From assembly GCF_009914755.1 (NCBI RefSeq), contig NC_060937.1: a stretch of 64,000 bases of DNA. The stretch is one strand, 5' to 3'. Source of the DNA: the human T2T-CHM13v2.0 reference genome, Homo sapiens. Below are positions 1 through 12,624 of this stretch, piece after piece (position 1 is the stretch's first letter; every line of letters begins with the position of its first letter). Below the pieces are notes generated by a model. That model had not been told where the DNA came from and did no database searches. It worked only from the letters and a program-made list of their open reading frames with translations. The position numbers and the translations under genes were made by a program.

Positions 1-320
1 TAGGATTCTTAATATTGCATGTGACAAAAGACCTAACTCAAGCTGCATTAAACAACAAAGAGGACGTATTGGCTTCATAACTGAAAAGTCTAGACACAGG
101 ACGTCCTTCTTCGGGAAAGGCATGATTCTGTGGCCTACTGATGTACCAGCGGACAAGTTCCTCTCTGTGGTTTACTTGCCAGCCATGCATTTCTTTGACC
201 TTAGGTTGCACAAGGTCATTCAGGTTCTCCTTTCATGGAAACAAAAGGGCTGCAGCCACCCCACCCTCTCATCCTCATAACCCCTGAGCTAGAGAAGAGA
301 GCATTTTTCTTCCAGAATCT
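1..320 (-). mobile_element. Old MaLR LTR fragment (MLT1J/K-like)
   Basis: 'actcaagctgcattaaacaacaaagaggacgtattggcttcataactgaaaagtc' resembles the antisense MLT1J/K consensus; boundaries approximate. Confidence 0.45.
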
Positions 321-599
321 TCTGCAGTGAGTCTCAAACCTGACTGATGAGCAGAATCACACGACAAGCTGATTTCTAGAGTCCCATGCCAGCATCTCCA
401 CCCAAACTTGGTGTATCTGGTATATGGCCTGAGAATCTTCAATTATTGAATATCCTTTACAGAAAACTCTAAAGGAGAAACCAAAATTGTCCCATAACTC
501 CACCTTTCAGATGACACTTACTGAAGTTCTCCACTAAAACTAATCAATGCACAAAGTAGGAAGTAGGAAAATCAAGCAGTACTGAATGAAAGGTAAGAA

Positions 600-1680
600 C
601 CTCTCTTCTCATCCTTCCCTCAAAGTTGCCACTGTTATCAGCTTCTTGTAGATTTTCCATTGAAAAAGAATTTGTGCATTTACCAAAGTATATGGTGTGT
701 CATTTTAAAAGTTATGTGGAAAATGGATTACACCATTTATACTGCTCTGCTGCTTGATTTTTTCATTGCACAACATAACTCAGAGACTGCTCTATATCAG
801 CAAATGGAGTTCCTACTAAATCTCTTTAAAAGATCTAAGAGTGTGCCACAGTTTATTTATCCAGGTTCCTATTGATGGACATTGAGGTTGTTTGCTATAC
901 AAATAACGCTGCTGTGGGCATCCATTCTTGCCGACGTTGATACTCTTCTGTGGGAAATTTCAGAATCAGCTCCCATCAGTAGAATTGCTGGGTCAAAGGT
1001 TACTCATGTTTTAAAAATGTTGATGTATGTTGACAAAATTCCTTTAGTTGAAATTTACTAGTCTGGTCTCTATTACCATTTCGAACTTCACAAATTGTGC
1101 CCTTAGTTACACGCGGGTGCCTTATGGCAGTATGGGATGGGGGCGCAGAGAATCTATGTTTTTAAAAGTTCATCATGTGATTCAGAAGCTCATGCAGGTG
1201 TGAGAACCACCGCCCCACCTTGTCACACAGGTGCCAAAATCCACCAAGTTTGCATTCACTGGCATCTGCTTCCATACTCTCATCAGCAATGGGCATCATG
1301 AAACTTTATAATTTTTGCTAATCAGATTCATGAAAAGTGGTCTGGCATTGTTCTGATTTGCGTCTCTTTATTTCTGAGGAAGGATGAGCAGCTCTTCATA
1401 TGTTTCTTGGTCACTGGTATTTCTTTTCCATGTTCTGCCAGTTCAGATTCCTGGCCCAGCATTTATTGAGTTGTTTGTATATTTCTTATTTATAGACATT
1501 TGTTGCAAATTAAAGAAATTAGTGTGTCTTCCATCTATATTCCAAATACTGTTTTCCCCTTGTTTATAATTTCTTCTGACTGATTCATGAGTTTGTTTGT
1601 TTGTTTAGCTTTACAGAAGGATTTTGCTTCATTCTGTTTTAATATGGTGATATTTTTAAATCTTTGGTCTTTATGGTTTC
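600..1680 (-). mobile_element. Ancient L1M (L1ME-like) fragment interrupted by a MER5-type element at ~1060-1212
   Basis: Antisense L1 motifs 'gtgccacagtttatttatcc...ttgatggacattgaggttg' and 'gatgagcagctcttcatatgtttcttggtcactggtatttc'; MER5-like end 'gtgattcagaagctcatgcaggtgtgagaaccac'. Confidence 0.6.
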
Positions 1681-4381
1681 TGGAGGAATCAAGTTTTTAA
1701 AACTCCCCAGGTGATTCTGATGAGTTTGAGAGTCACTGTCTTACAGGATATAAATAAGGAACCGAATACAGTCCCTACCCTTTGGGGTTTACAACTGTAT
1801 GGGAGAAAGACGAGCTTATACATAAAAGAGAACAAGAGATAAAGGGCACTGCGAAGTTTCAAATGAGCCATGCAGATTCTTGGCTTGGCATCAAGAGCCT
1901 GCCCACTCCACGCTCCTCTCCTCAGCACCCTTTCCTCTCAGATCCTCGTGGAGGTGAGTGGGAGATCCCATCAGGCAGCAGAAGGCAGAGAAAAGCCAGC
2001 CACACAGTGGAGGGGAGGTGGCCAGGCCAGGGCGGCAGCGTAGAACAGTGGAAGCGAAGCCTTCAGGCCCGAGAGAACAGGCTCCTGGTCTCAGAGTGCT
2101 CTTAGAGGCCATCGTCCCCCTCCTACCTCCAGGGCCCGGGAGGCCTGGCTGCAGGGGTGGCCCTGCCCTCTTCTGGACAAGCCATGAGGTAGAGTCCTTT
2201 CCTCCTCTATCTTGCCCAACCTTAGAAAATCAAGTAAATAAATAAAAGGAACACTCGAGTCAGTTTTTGCTTTGTTCCATTAGAAATTCTGAGAAAAGCT
2301 AGATTTCCATGGGCTTCAGTGGGGAGAGGAGAGCATAAAGTTTCATGAAGGGAACCAAGCAGAGTTCCAGCATGGGGCCTCTGGAGGGAAGGAACTGGTT
2401 CTCACTCAACCCTGTTTCCCTCACAGCTTCTAGAACAGGGTCCTAGATTAGATATACTGCGTCCTGAATGAATGAATCAATCAATGGGAATGTATTCGAG
2501 CTGGGCGTGGAAAGACTAAGGATAAGGACCATTTCTTTATTTTCCTAGTGAACAAGAGTGCCTGATACACAGTAAGTACCTAATAGTGTTGATGTTATCA
2601 GGGGAGGTGAGGATGATGGTGTGAGCAAAGGTGCAACATTAAGAACACAAAAATCACATTCACAGGACAGTGAGGGTAGCTTATTTCATGAAAGATTCTG
2701 TGAAGAAATTAGACACAGAAAAACAAGTTGGGAGCCTCAAATGCCAGGTAAGGAAGGTGGAGTTCTATCTGTCTACAGGTAGAGTCACTGATGACTGTGT
2801 TCAGGCCACGACATGGTTAAAATCAGTGTTTTAGGAAGACTTGTTTGGTGGCATAAAGCAGGATGGATTAGAAGTTAGAAGGAAATTCAAAAACACATTT
2901 GCTCATTATCTTCTTCTTCAAAAAATGTAGTCATATTCAGTACATTAAAATAATCCAATAATATTGATTCAATTATGAATCCAATATCTGATTATGAAAC
3001 ATAATAATAAACCCACCATCCCACGTGAGACCTAGAGCCTTGCCAATACTACCAAAGATGCCTGTGCCTGATACCCTTTGGTTTGGGTGTGATTTCTACA
3101 CAAATCCATTGGATTGACTTTCTTCCCTCCATCTGATTCTAGTCTCCCTGAGGTCCAAGAACACCTTCCAATTCCAGCTCCATCGTACCTGGAGTCCTCC
3201 CACCCCAGCATTCAGGATGAAATAGAGGTAAGATGAGAATGAACATGCGATGATGAATAACAGATCACTCAAGATTTTGAAATTTATAAGTAAAATTATT
3301 TTCTACAGTTTTAATTATGGTGACTCATGCAATTTTGGTGTAATTAGCCTTTTATTCTTACTCATTTTAATTATGAAATAAATATGCAAATTTATGCTAA
3401 TAGTATAGTTAAGGAAATTATCCATTGCATTTGAGGAAGCACTCAGGCAAATTTTAAAATGGGATCATAGTTCTGACAGTTACAGAAATGGACATGAAAA
3501 CAACAGGCAGAGTTCCCTGAATACACAGTGAACATGGCCCTAGAAATAGAGCTTTCATGAGACGTTCCGAGAGAAATGAATGTTTTCCCGTCCATTCCTG
3601 CTGGGCCTCCTAGATTCAGATCCAAGCCTGTATCTCTGGGTCTGCTTGTGTGCTAAAGCTCCCAAGGATATGAGCTGAGCCAGATCACCTTTATTCCCAG
3701 GGTTTCCAGAAACACAAGGGGCAACGTGACTGTTGTCTAACTATCAGTTACCGTGTACTTCTTCTGTGCGCTGGTGTTCCGTAATCCCCCTGAAGCTGCG
3801 ATGCCTGCAGTCAAGACTCAACCAATGGTGGAGTCAAGAATCACCACCCAGCAACAAGAGTCATTGCAAAATAACTGAAGTTCCTTATATGCGTTCTTAA
3901 ATGCTGAAACAGAGACACATGGCCCACAGAAATACTTCCTTAAATTTCCTTCCCTTTCCACCTATTGTCCTCATACTCCAGCACCTCTCTCCTCAAGATT
4001 TCCTGAAGAACTCCTCCCCAGCCATAGCCCAAGTAAGCAGAGAGGCATTCTGACCATGGCGGCCCCCTTCCCAGGGCAGCAGAGGGCGAGTCAGCTGAGA
4101 TGCCAAGCCTTCTCTGATGGGCAGGGGAGCGAGGCCCGGGAACCCTCATGCACGACTCATTGTCATTGCATCCTCACTGTTGAATTTCCTGGATGTGTCA
4201 GACCATGAGCCTTGGCAGTGGAGAAACCAGGCATCTGCAGGCAGAAGCCCAGCCATAGAATAGCAAGTCACACAGGCCTGTATTGCCCGGCAATGCAACA
4301 CGTGTAAGTGGCTGCGGGACTCCCTGCACTCAGCACCAGTGATGAAATCTGTCAGCAGAGATGTAAAGAATCATGTGATCT

Positions 4382-4678
4382 GGCCGGGGGCGGTGGCTTA
4401 TGCTTGTAATCCCAGGGCTTCAGGAGGCTGAGGCAGGAGGATTGCTTGAGGCTAGGAGTTTGAAACCAGCGTGGGCAACACAGTGAGATCCCATCTCTAC
4501 AAAACATTTAAAAATTAGCATGACATGGTGGTGTACACCCATAGTCCCAGTTACTCAGGAGGCTGAGGCAGGAGGATCACTTGAGCCTAGGAGTTCAAGG
4601 CTCCAGTGAGCCGTGACGGCACCACTGCACTTCAGCCTGGGCAACCGAACAAGATCTTAACTTTTTTTTTTTAAAAAA
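4382..4678 (+). mobile_element. AluJ
   Basis: Dimeric Alu with J-type right arm 'ggaggatcacttgagcctaggagttcaaggct'; atypical T11A6 tail. Confidence 0.93.
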
Positions 4679-7439
4679 GGAAGTGGGGAATCATCAGATA
4701 TAAATAAATGGTAAGGTTATAAACCCAAGCATCACCAGCAGCTACCACTTTTAATAAATCTGAGAAAAATATCCCCCTTTGCTGACTCAGAGCCATGCCC
4801 AGGTTGTCTTTAGCTGTGGCCACGTCTCCCAGCCACCCACATTGCTGCCATCTCTGGGGTTGTGCCCCTCCCTCCTCACTGCGCCCTATTAAAACAATCA
4901 TCTATAAAGCCACAAAGTGAGGGCTCAGACTAAACCTTGAATACATCCTTGTGAATGCATGGGCTGGCCTCCAAGGCAGCCCTGTCCCCTGCTATGACTC
5001 TGCCCACCCCATAGCTCCTACCCTCCACCGTGTTTCCTGGGTCCATTTTTGCAGCTGGGACAGAGAGGGGCAGCTCCAAGTGAGACGGGAAGGTCAAGGG
5101 GGCTGTGAAAAGAGACTCCCTCCTTCACACCTGAGGATCTGATCTTACCCAGATTGTTTTTTCCTCACAGAGAAACTCCTCTGGCCCAGTTTCCCATATT
5201 GATCTAATCAGCAGTCCAAACATAATTTTGGGACTGTCAAAACAAGACCCGCAGGCCTGACATAGACAATTAACATAAGTCAGGGCAACCCACCTGCCAC
5301 TTCCCGTCTCTCCCCGACGTCTCGTCAGGATGTTAGCAAAGCCAGTACCCGTTACGGGTGGCAGTATCACCAGGAGCACGCTGTTGAGCAGGGGACTCCT
5401 GACATGAGGCTGGAAGCTATAATCACCCGGTGTATAATTTGGTTGCTAAATGGATTGTTGACAAAGGTGTGCATGATGAAATCACAGGCATGTTAGAGCT
5501 GAGAGGCAGGCGGGGTCAGGGAGGAGGCAGGCAGTCGTTAACTCCCCACCTCCCTCCAGGCTCCCCTCTGCCAACTGCCGCCACCGCCACCACAGCAGAC
5601 TCTGACCTCGCTGAATCACCTGGGCCTCGTGTTCCATGACGTTCAGGAAATACCTGGCCTTCCTCCCTCAGGTTTCATCTCGTAATAACTCCCAGCAGAA
5701 GCAGACTCACCTTGGCACAGCACTGGGGATGGAGTTCTGATGTCACAGGCCCCTGGGGTTAGCCTGCAAGGGAAAGGAGCCCAGAGGAAAGCTTAGTGGC
5801 CCAAGAGGCCAGAAGGGGAGGTCAAAGTCACAGTTTATTCCAGGGAGGTGCTCCATGAGGGTCCCCCCAAAGGGATCAGGCCTGGACATGGGGCACTTCA
5901 TACATCCACCCGCAGCTGAAGTAAGGAAATCGAAGACCATCTCATTAAATTTGCAGGGAACATAAGGAGGAGGGGAGAAGGGACATTGCCTTCTTTGCAC
6001 AGTGGCTGAGATGTCAAAGAGTCATTCTAAAATCAGAAAAATGACTTGTCAAAAACAAGCTGACATGCAATAAGGACAAAGAGAGGTGGCCCACTCGAAA
6101 ATCTACAAAAAGCTAAGGACAAAAAATGTGAATAATGGGATAAACACACAAAAGCCCAGGAGGTCAGATTATATCTCAGCTCAAATGTGCCTTTGTAATA
6201 AAACGCTATTGTAAAACAAAAGAGCATAAACTCTAACATAATTTATGTGCATTTATGTTAAAAGAATTTAAGAAATTAAGAATAAAAGAATTTACCAAGA
6301 AATAATCATTCTAGTGCTAACAATCCAAACTTTGGAAAGGCATGGGAGAATTAGACAGGGTCTGTGAACAGGAAACAAAAGTGGCAAAGAGATGGAAAGT
6401 TCCAAGAGTGAAGAAACGGTAACTCATTCAAAAGCATTCAACACATTCAAAAGTGTTCACGCTACACAAAGGCATGTGCGAGGTGGTTCGGTCCTGAGAG
6501 CACACTCGCTGTTCTCGGGAATTCTAGGCAACATGGTGCTGATTTCTGTCTAACATGGGTCTTTCTGGACTTTATCTTAGGAATTTAGTTAATAAAGCAC
6601 TGAGATAATATTAACAGAAGTTTCATTTGCAGAGTGGTCCCACTAGCCCTGCCAGAAACCCACAAAAACACTGGTGACTGGGCAGTCACAACCAACTCCC
6701 CTCTCTCTGTGACAGCAACACTCAGCAGACATTCATGGCACCCGCTGGACTGCAGCATGATGGAAAACCTGAGCACTCATATGACAAACAAGACGAGGTC
6801 CACTCCAGCCTCGCAGAAGTGAGTGGTAATAAAGGAAGCTGCAAGAGTATACGGTAAATTCCAGCCAACATCAGGGGCCTTGAGGATGGACAGGACAACT
6901 CTCCACTTTGGCAGGAAGGCAAAACATGACTGGCAAGACCCTTTCATCTCCAGCAGCCACAGAGCAGCCTGAGATTGTCCAGAAGCCCAGAAGCTGCTCT
7001 GTCCAGGGACCTGCCCCGTCATCCTCCCAGGCGAAGTGAAGGCCAAATAGCCCAAGAGACGGCCATGTAGTCCAGCTGCCGACCTCTTGTTCCATCTGGC
7101 CTGACTGCTGACTCTGAGCATGTGGTCCAGAACCTCCCAGCCTGCCCCCTGTTGAGTGAAGAGTTTGGGCCTAGTCCCTTCTCTCCATTGTCCTCACACA
7201 GCTTCTAAATTCCTGCCACGGAGTTGCAGGGGCCAATCTCAAGCTACTGCTAAGACAGATGAGACCCTTGCTCCCTTGCCACCTGCAGGGTTCCCGCTGA
7301 ACCTTGCTGCTTTGTCTCAGAGGATCCTGGGTCTGCACACGCGCAAACAGCAGCTGGACTTCGGCAGCTTCCATTATGAAGGGAGGAGCCACGAAGAGGG
7401 AAGGAGGGGGCAGCTTTGGTTCCTACATTCCAGAAAACA

Positions 7440-7630
7440 TCAAAAACACATGCCTGATGCACATGACTTCATCCATCCTCTCTCCACCCACAGGAGAAGG
7501 GTTCCTAACACCAGCCACACTGAACAGATGAGGGAACTGAGGCACAGACTGCTCACAGGGAGCTTGGAAGGCCCAAGATTTCCTGCAGGCAATCTGGCAC
7601 CGGAGTCTCTGCTCTGAACCATGCTGCCTG
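7440..7630 (-). mobile_element. MIR
   Basis: MIR core 'acagatgagggaactgaggcacaga'. Confidence 0.6.
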
Positions 7631-7877
7631 CTGGCATCAGGTGAGCATGGCACTCATTGACTTACTGTTCAAACCTAAGGTGCTTCAGTGTGAATTCATT
7701 AATCTCTCCATTCATAAAAAAGTCAAAACAAATGAATAAAAACATTTATCAAGTACCTGACTTATGCCATTCATTTTGCTGGTAAGTGGAATCTTTTATG
7801 TGAAATGAATACCTGTTGAATGCCACTAGTTTTAATCCTCACAACCAATAAGGTAGGTAGTATTAATAATTTTCCCA

Positions 7878-8209
7878 TTATTATTATTATTATTATTATT
7901 ATTTGAGACAGAGTCTCCCTCTGTCATCTAGGTTGGAGGGCAGTGACATGATCACAACACACTGCAGCCTCAACCTCCGGTGCTCAAGGGATCCTCCTTC
8001 CTCAGCTTCTTGAGTAGCTGGGACCACAGGTGCATGCCGCAACATCTAGCTAGGTTTTGTTGTTGTTGTTGTTGTTGTTTCTTGTTTTTTGTAGAGACAG
8101 GGTCTCATTATGTTATCCAGGCTGGTCTCAAACTCCTGGCCTCAATGAATCCTCCTGCCTTGACATCCCAAAGTGCTGGGATTGCAGGCTTGAGCCACTG
8201 CACCCAGCC
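7878..8209 (-). mobile_element. AluJ with (TTA)n tail and (TTG)n linker microsatellites
   Basis: Antisense Alu from 'tttgagacagagtctc' to 'gagccactgcacccagcc'; (TTA)n at ~7878-7902; (TTG)n at ~8057-8080. Confidence 0.93.
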
Positions 8210-8289
8210 ATAAATTTTCTCACTTCAGAAAGAAGGAAACGGAGGCTCAAAGAGTTCAGCTATGAATCCCACTTTGCTTGGACAGTGAT

Positions 8290-8745
8290 TCAAACAAAGG
8301 CTTGCTGGGAAGAGCCAGCCCCTCAAAAGGCTGACAGAAGAGAGTTTAATGAAGAGATGATTTACAGAGGCCTGGGGAGGCATAAACAAACTAACTAGGG
8401 ATGGCAGAGCTGGAAGCCGTTTCACCCTGAAGCCTGAAGGGGCAAAGGCAGAAAGCGGTGTTCTAGCAAACCAGGGAGAGCTAGCAGCAGGGCATGGGGC
8501 TGCCTAACTGGAGCTGGGGCCCCAGAAGGACCCACCACTGCCAGCAGGGGGAGAACAGAAGAGACACCCTCACTTCTCTCCCTTCCATCCAATGGCCAAG
8601 CCCAGCTAAGAAGCAAGAGGGCAAGAGAGGGGAACAGGGACTGGAGCAGGTCACAAAGAACAGCTTCTAGGGGTCTGCACAGGGCAGAGAAGGACGAAGA
8701 ACGAATGGGGACGGGAAATAGCTGGAGACCATGCAGCATGAATGG
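8290..8745 (-). mobile_element. Old ERVL LTR (LTR33-like)
   Basis: 'gagagtttaatgaagagatgatttacagaggcctggggagg...aactagggatggcagag' resembles LTR33. Confidence 0.45.
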
Positions 8746-10050
8746 TGAAACATGGAGCCAGGATTGGGAATCACTGCACAATCCAGCTTTTCCCAGTGAA
8801 TATAAGAGTGCAGAGCACTCAGTGTTAAAAGATAAGCCTGATGTGACTCTGGACCCCGCAGACTAAAGACAGTATGGACGGTTCAGGAGAACATTTTCAA
8901 GTAATGCATAAACCATCTGTTGTCCTGCCCTTTCCTTTGTACACTAAGGTGGAGGAGACATCGCTGTAACCTACAGCCTCCCTCTCCCAACCTGGCAATA
9001 CCCCAGGGGAACAAATGAATGAGAAGCTGTGGGAGTCATTTCTGTAGCCATTTCTCCCATCCTGATGCCGCACGGCTCCAAACCCAGAACTAAATTAAGA
9101 TGCAGCGCCACAGTTCTTGGCCTGGGAAATTTGGCATAATAAGCATTCCAGGTCACAAGCACCTTTTCATCTTCTTCTCTGCGGAAGCCCCTCTTTTTCC
9201 AACATTATGTCATACAACTCAATTGACACGGTCCCCCGCCTACAGACATGCCGGTGTATTCAGCAGAGACGTGAGACTTTGCTCAGCCACTGCAGAGGGA
9301 GAGCCTGCACCTGGGAGGCAGGGAGCCCTGCAGGAACGAGGGGAGGAAGAGATTAGGAAGCACGTGCTCTCCTAAAGAGAACAGCCACTGAAGATGTCTA
9401 ACAGAAAAAGGAGAGCTCCTGGTAATAATCACTTTAGCATCGATCAATTATAATTCCTCGATTAGATCACATACTGCTCATTACCATTAAAAAACAAAAC
9501 AAAACAAAACCCTGACTTTTCCATTAGAGTCAGAGCAGTAGGTTTCATTTTGATTGAAAAACTCCAACTTCAAGAATGAATGAACGCATTCCAGCCGAAT
9601 CAAAGCCTGAGCTGAGGCTGCAGACATTTTGTTTCCTCCCTGCCTCTACCCGGGGCGTCATCTAGCGTCCGCCCTTAGGTACTACACTCTCCTGCCAACG
9701 TAAGCCTTTTACTCCAGAGTTGGTTTCAGTAGAAAATCATGAGACCTGACAGGAGAAAAAAAAAAACTGGCCTCAATGATAGATATTTTTCAAAAGCGGT
9801 TGAGCAATAAAGACTTCCCATTTATTGGATTTCACACATGATTTTGCTTGAGCCAAACCAAAGACTCATGACTCCTAAAAAACAATGAATAGACAGAGTA
9901 CAGAGTGCTTGGGCATTTTTCTCAGGGCTCTCTGTTCTTCGGAAAGATGTTTATGTGCAAAAATAAAAACCTGACTGATTTACATACGGAATAGGAACAC
10001 ACATTTTTCAAGGTGTGGTATCTTACAAGTAACATTTATTTGGACCCCTC

Positions 10051-10423
10051 TTAGGGCTGAATTTTACCCCTCTCCCCACCCCCCCAAAAAATCCTGTTGC
10101 CGTCTAGTGCCTCAGAATGTAACTGTATTTGGAGATAAGAGCTTTACAGAGTTAATTAAGTTAAGATGAGGTCTTAGAGTAGGCCCTAATCCCATCTGAC
10201 TGGTGTCCTCATACAAAGAGGAAATCTGGACATAGACAAGTGCATGCACAGAGGAAAACCCATGTGAGCACACAGCAAAAGGCAGCCAAGGAGGCCCTGG
10301 AGAAACACGCCCGGACTACATCTTTATCTCGGACGTCCAGCCTCCAGAACAGTGAGAACATCTATGTCTGTTGTCTAAGCCACCCAGTCTATGATATTAT
10401 ACTATGCCTAGCAAACTGATATA
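10051..10423 (+). mobile_element. MaLR solo LTR (MLT1A/B-like)
   Basis: 'ctcagaatgtaactgtatttggagataag...taagatgaggtc...ccagcctccagaacagtgaga...taagccacccagtct'. Confidence 0.85.
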
Positions 10424-11331
10424 CCCCCCAAACTCCCCCCACCCCCTAAGCTGGGCAAATGTTAGGTGACTTTGATGCTGAGAGTGCCTGAAGCAAACTC
10501 TTTATCTGCTCTTTTTGTACACAAGGACTCTTGAACCACTCTTGAACCCGGAAGTCTCTGGCAATGGCTTGGGGATCCCACTTTGCCTACTCCTCGCCCC
10601 CGTCAATAGGGGAGTTGTTATCTCTTAAACCACTCCGGGAACCTCTCCTCTCTGGGTGGAGGTTAAGGGGACTCAGTCGGGGAGTTAAGTGACAAGGGTG
10701 CCTCTGGCAGAGCCTAGGTGTGTAAGCTTTGGCAAATGACCAGGCCTCGCTGAGCCCTGATTTTGTCCTCTGTAAAATGAGAGTGATCGGATTCCTTGGA
10801 GCACGAAATGCCTTCAATGTGGGGCTTAGCACGGGTCTGGCTCATAGTAACTGCTCTCACGCTCCACTAGCCACTCCTTAGCAGGAACGTGGGCACGAGA
10901 ATTCCCAAACTTCCTCGAGTCAGTGTTCAGAACCCCGCCCTCCCTTTATCTTCAAAGGAGAAGGGAGAGCAGTGGGTTACAAGGGTCAGCTTTTAAATAC
11001 CCCTGCTCTCCCTTGACCACAGACCCTGGGGAGTTTCCCCAGCTAAAAACGAAGTTTAGAAAATTGCTTGCAATGACCCATGATTTCAAGGGCCCCAGTG
11101 AATGACAGATCTATTGAGGATAGGGCCCCCTGGCTGGAAATTTAGAAACATTTTGTTTTTGTAAGAGGAAAAAAAGGGCAGAGAGGCACGAGGGCTGCAG
11201 GGGATGGCTCTGGAAGGACACTGCAGCGAGGCTGCCAGACTCCTTGGAACCGCAGCGCCGACGCAGCCATTTCCCAGGGAGATCAATCCTCTGGCAGGTC
11301 CATTTCCTCCGCCGCGCGGGCGGCTGCGGGA

Positions 11332-11358
11332 GGCGGCGGCGGCGGCGGCGGCGGCGGC
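11332..11358 (+). repeat. (GGC)9 trinucleotide repeat
   Basis: Nine uninterrupted GGC units read directly, followed by GGG GGT GGC GGG. Confidence 0.97.
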
Positions 11359-11701
11359 GGGGGTGGCGGGAGCCATTAGTGACTCTGTGACCCCGTTCAC
11401 CGAGCGCGTCCCCGCCCAGGTGCTCGCTGCCCGGCGCCGCGCCGTCCACCCCCGGCCGGGGCAGGTCGCGGGGCCCAAGCTGGTTCAAGCCCCCGTCGCT
11501 CGTCGCCTGGCTCTGCGCCAGGCCCCGTGCCCCTGGCTGCAGGCCGGCACCCCGCGAGCCGCAGCGCCCAGGCAGGCGAGCGCCGCTGCAACCTGCAAGC
11601 CTGAGTCAGCTCGCGGCGCGTGAGGCGCGCGCACTGCGTCCCCGCGCAGCCGTCGCAGCCAGGTGCTGGCCCGGAGCGCTGCGTCCCCAGACAGAAACCA
11701 C

Positions 11702-11720
11702 GGCTCCCCCTGGCGGACAC
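11702..11720 (-). promoter_or_regulatory. CTCF-like motif
   Basis: Minus strand reads GTGTCCGCCAGGGGGAGCC, close to the CTCF core CCRSYAGGKGGCRS; motif match only. Confidence 0.55.
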
Positions 11721-12283
11721 CGGTTCCCCAGCGCTGGGCTTTCCCCTTCAGTAGTTTAGGGGTAGTTTTCAGCTAAAGAAAACAGTGGACGCATTTTCCC
11801 ATCAGAGGGCTTGGTGGCAGGATTCCCACAGGCTTAAGGAATGAAAGAAAGGAGATGCGATAGAAAGGAAGAATGGTAAGTAAGGCCCGGAAAGTGCAGG
11901 CAGAGAATGTTATGCACCTGCATGTCGTGAACCCAATGGCAACGAAACACTTACTTGTCCGCGGGGCAAATATAGCCGCGTTGGCTCTTTCTCCTGGAAC
12001 CACGGATACTTTGGCAAGGAATGAATGAGTTATAAATGCAACGTTTTCTTAAATATATTAAATACATAACACTGACCTTCACAAAGGCTTTTATCTGGAA
12101 TAAGGAATGAATAAGTAGGGTAATGAATAAGAAAGTTAAATTAAAGCACCATAGAACACAGTTTGAGTAACTTTAAAAATTTTTATTTACTTAATTTAAT
12201 GAAAACAAATGATAAGTAAAATGTCTTTATATGAACATCTGAAAAAGCTTATAACTCTAAATGGCAATCCTAATCCAGCTGCT

Positions 12284-12624
12284 ATAGTCAGGCTGCTATA
12301 GCAAAATACCCTAGACTGGTAGCTTATAAACAATAGAAACTGATTTCTCACAGTTCTTGGGGCTGGGAAGTCCCAGATCAAGGTGCCAGCTGATTCAGTG
12401 TCTGGGGAAAGCCTGCTCTCTGGTTCATAGATGGTGCCTCCTAGCTGTGTCCTTACCTGGGAGAAGGAGGAAGAGCGTTCCCTGGGATCTCTTCTATAAG
12501 GGCACTAATCCCGTTCATCAGGGTGACCTAATCACTTCCCAAAGGCCCTGCCTGCTAATGCCATCACCTTGGGAGTTCAGTTTTAACGTGAATTTTGAGA
12601 GGACACAAACATTCAGACCTTAGC
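12284..12624 (-). mobile_element. MaLR solo LTR (MLT1A0/MSTD-like)
   Basis: 'ggctgctatagcaaaatacc...gcttataaacaatagaaactgatttctcacagttc...ggacacaaacattcagaccttagca'. Confidence 0.85.

Larger units (their letters stand above)
11240..11735. promoter_or_regulatory. CpG island, candidate promoter or orphan-CGI enhancer
   Basis: About 500 bp of very GC- and CpG-dense non-repeat sequence in a CpG-poor background. YY1-like GCAGCCATTT at ~11263, AP-1 TGAGTCA at 11602, GC box CCCCGCCC at 11410 and upstream at 10933. Confidence 0.85.

Noticed and set aside
11240-11735. Assigning the CGG island to a known disease locus (FMR1, NOTCH2NLC, LRP12, GIPC1, RILPL1, NUTM2B-AS1)
   Set aside because: The flanks do not match my recollection of those loci and no coding exons follow; a BLAT search is needed to name the locus.
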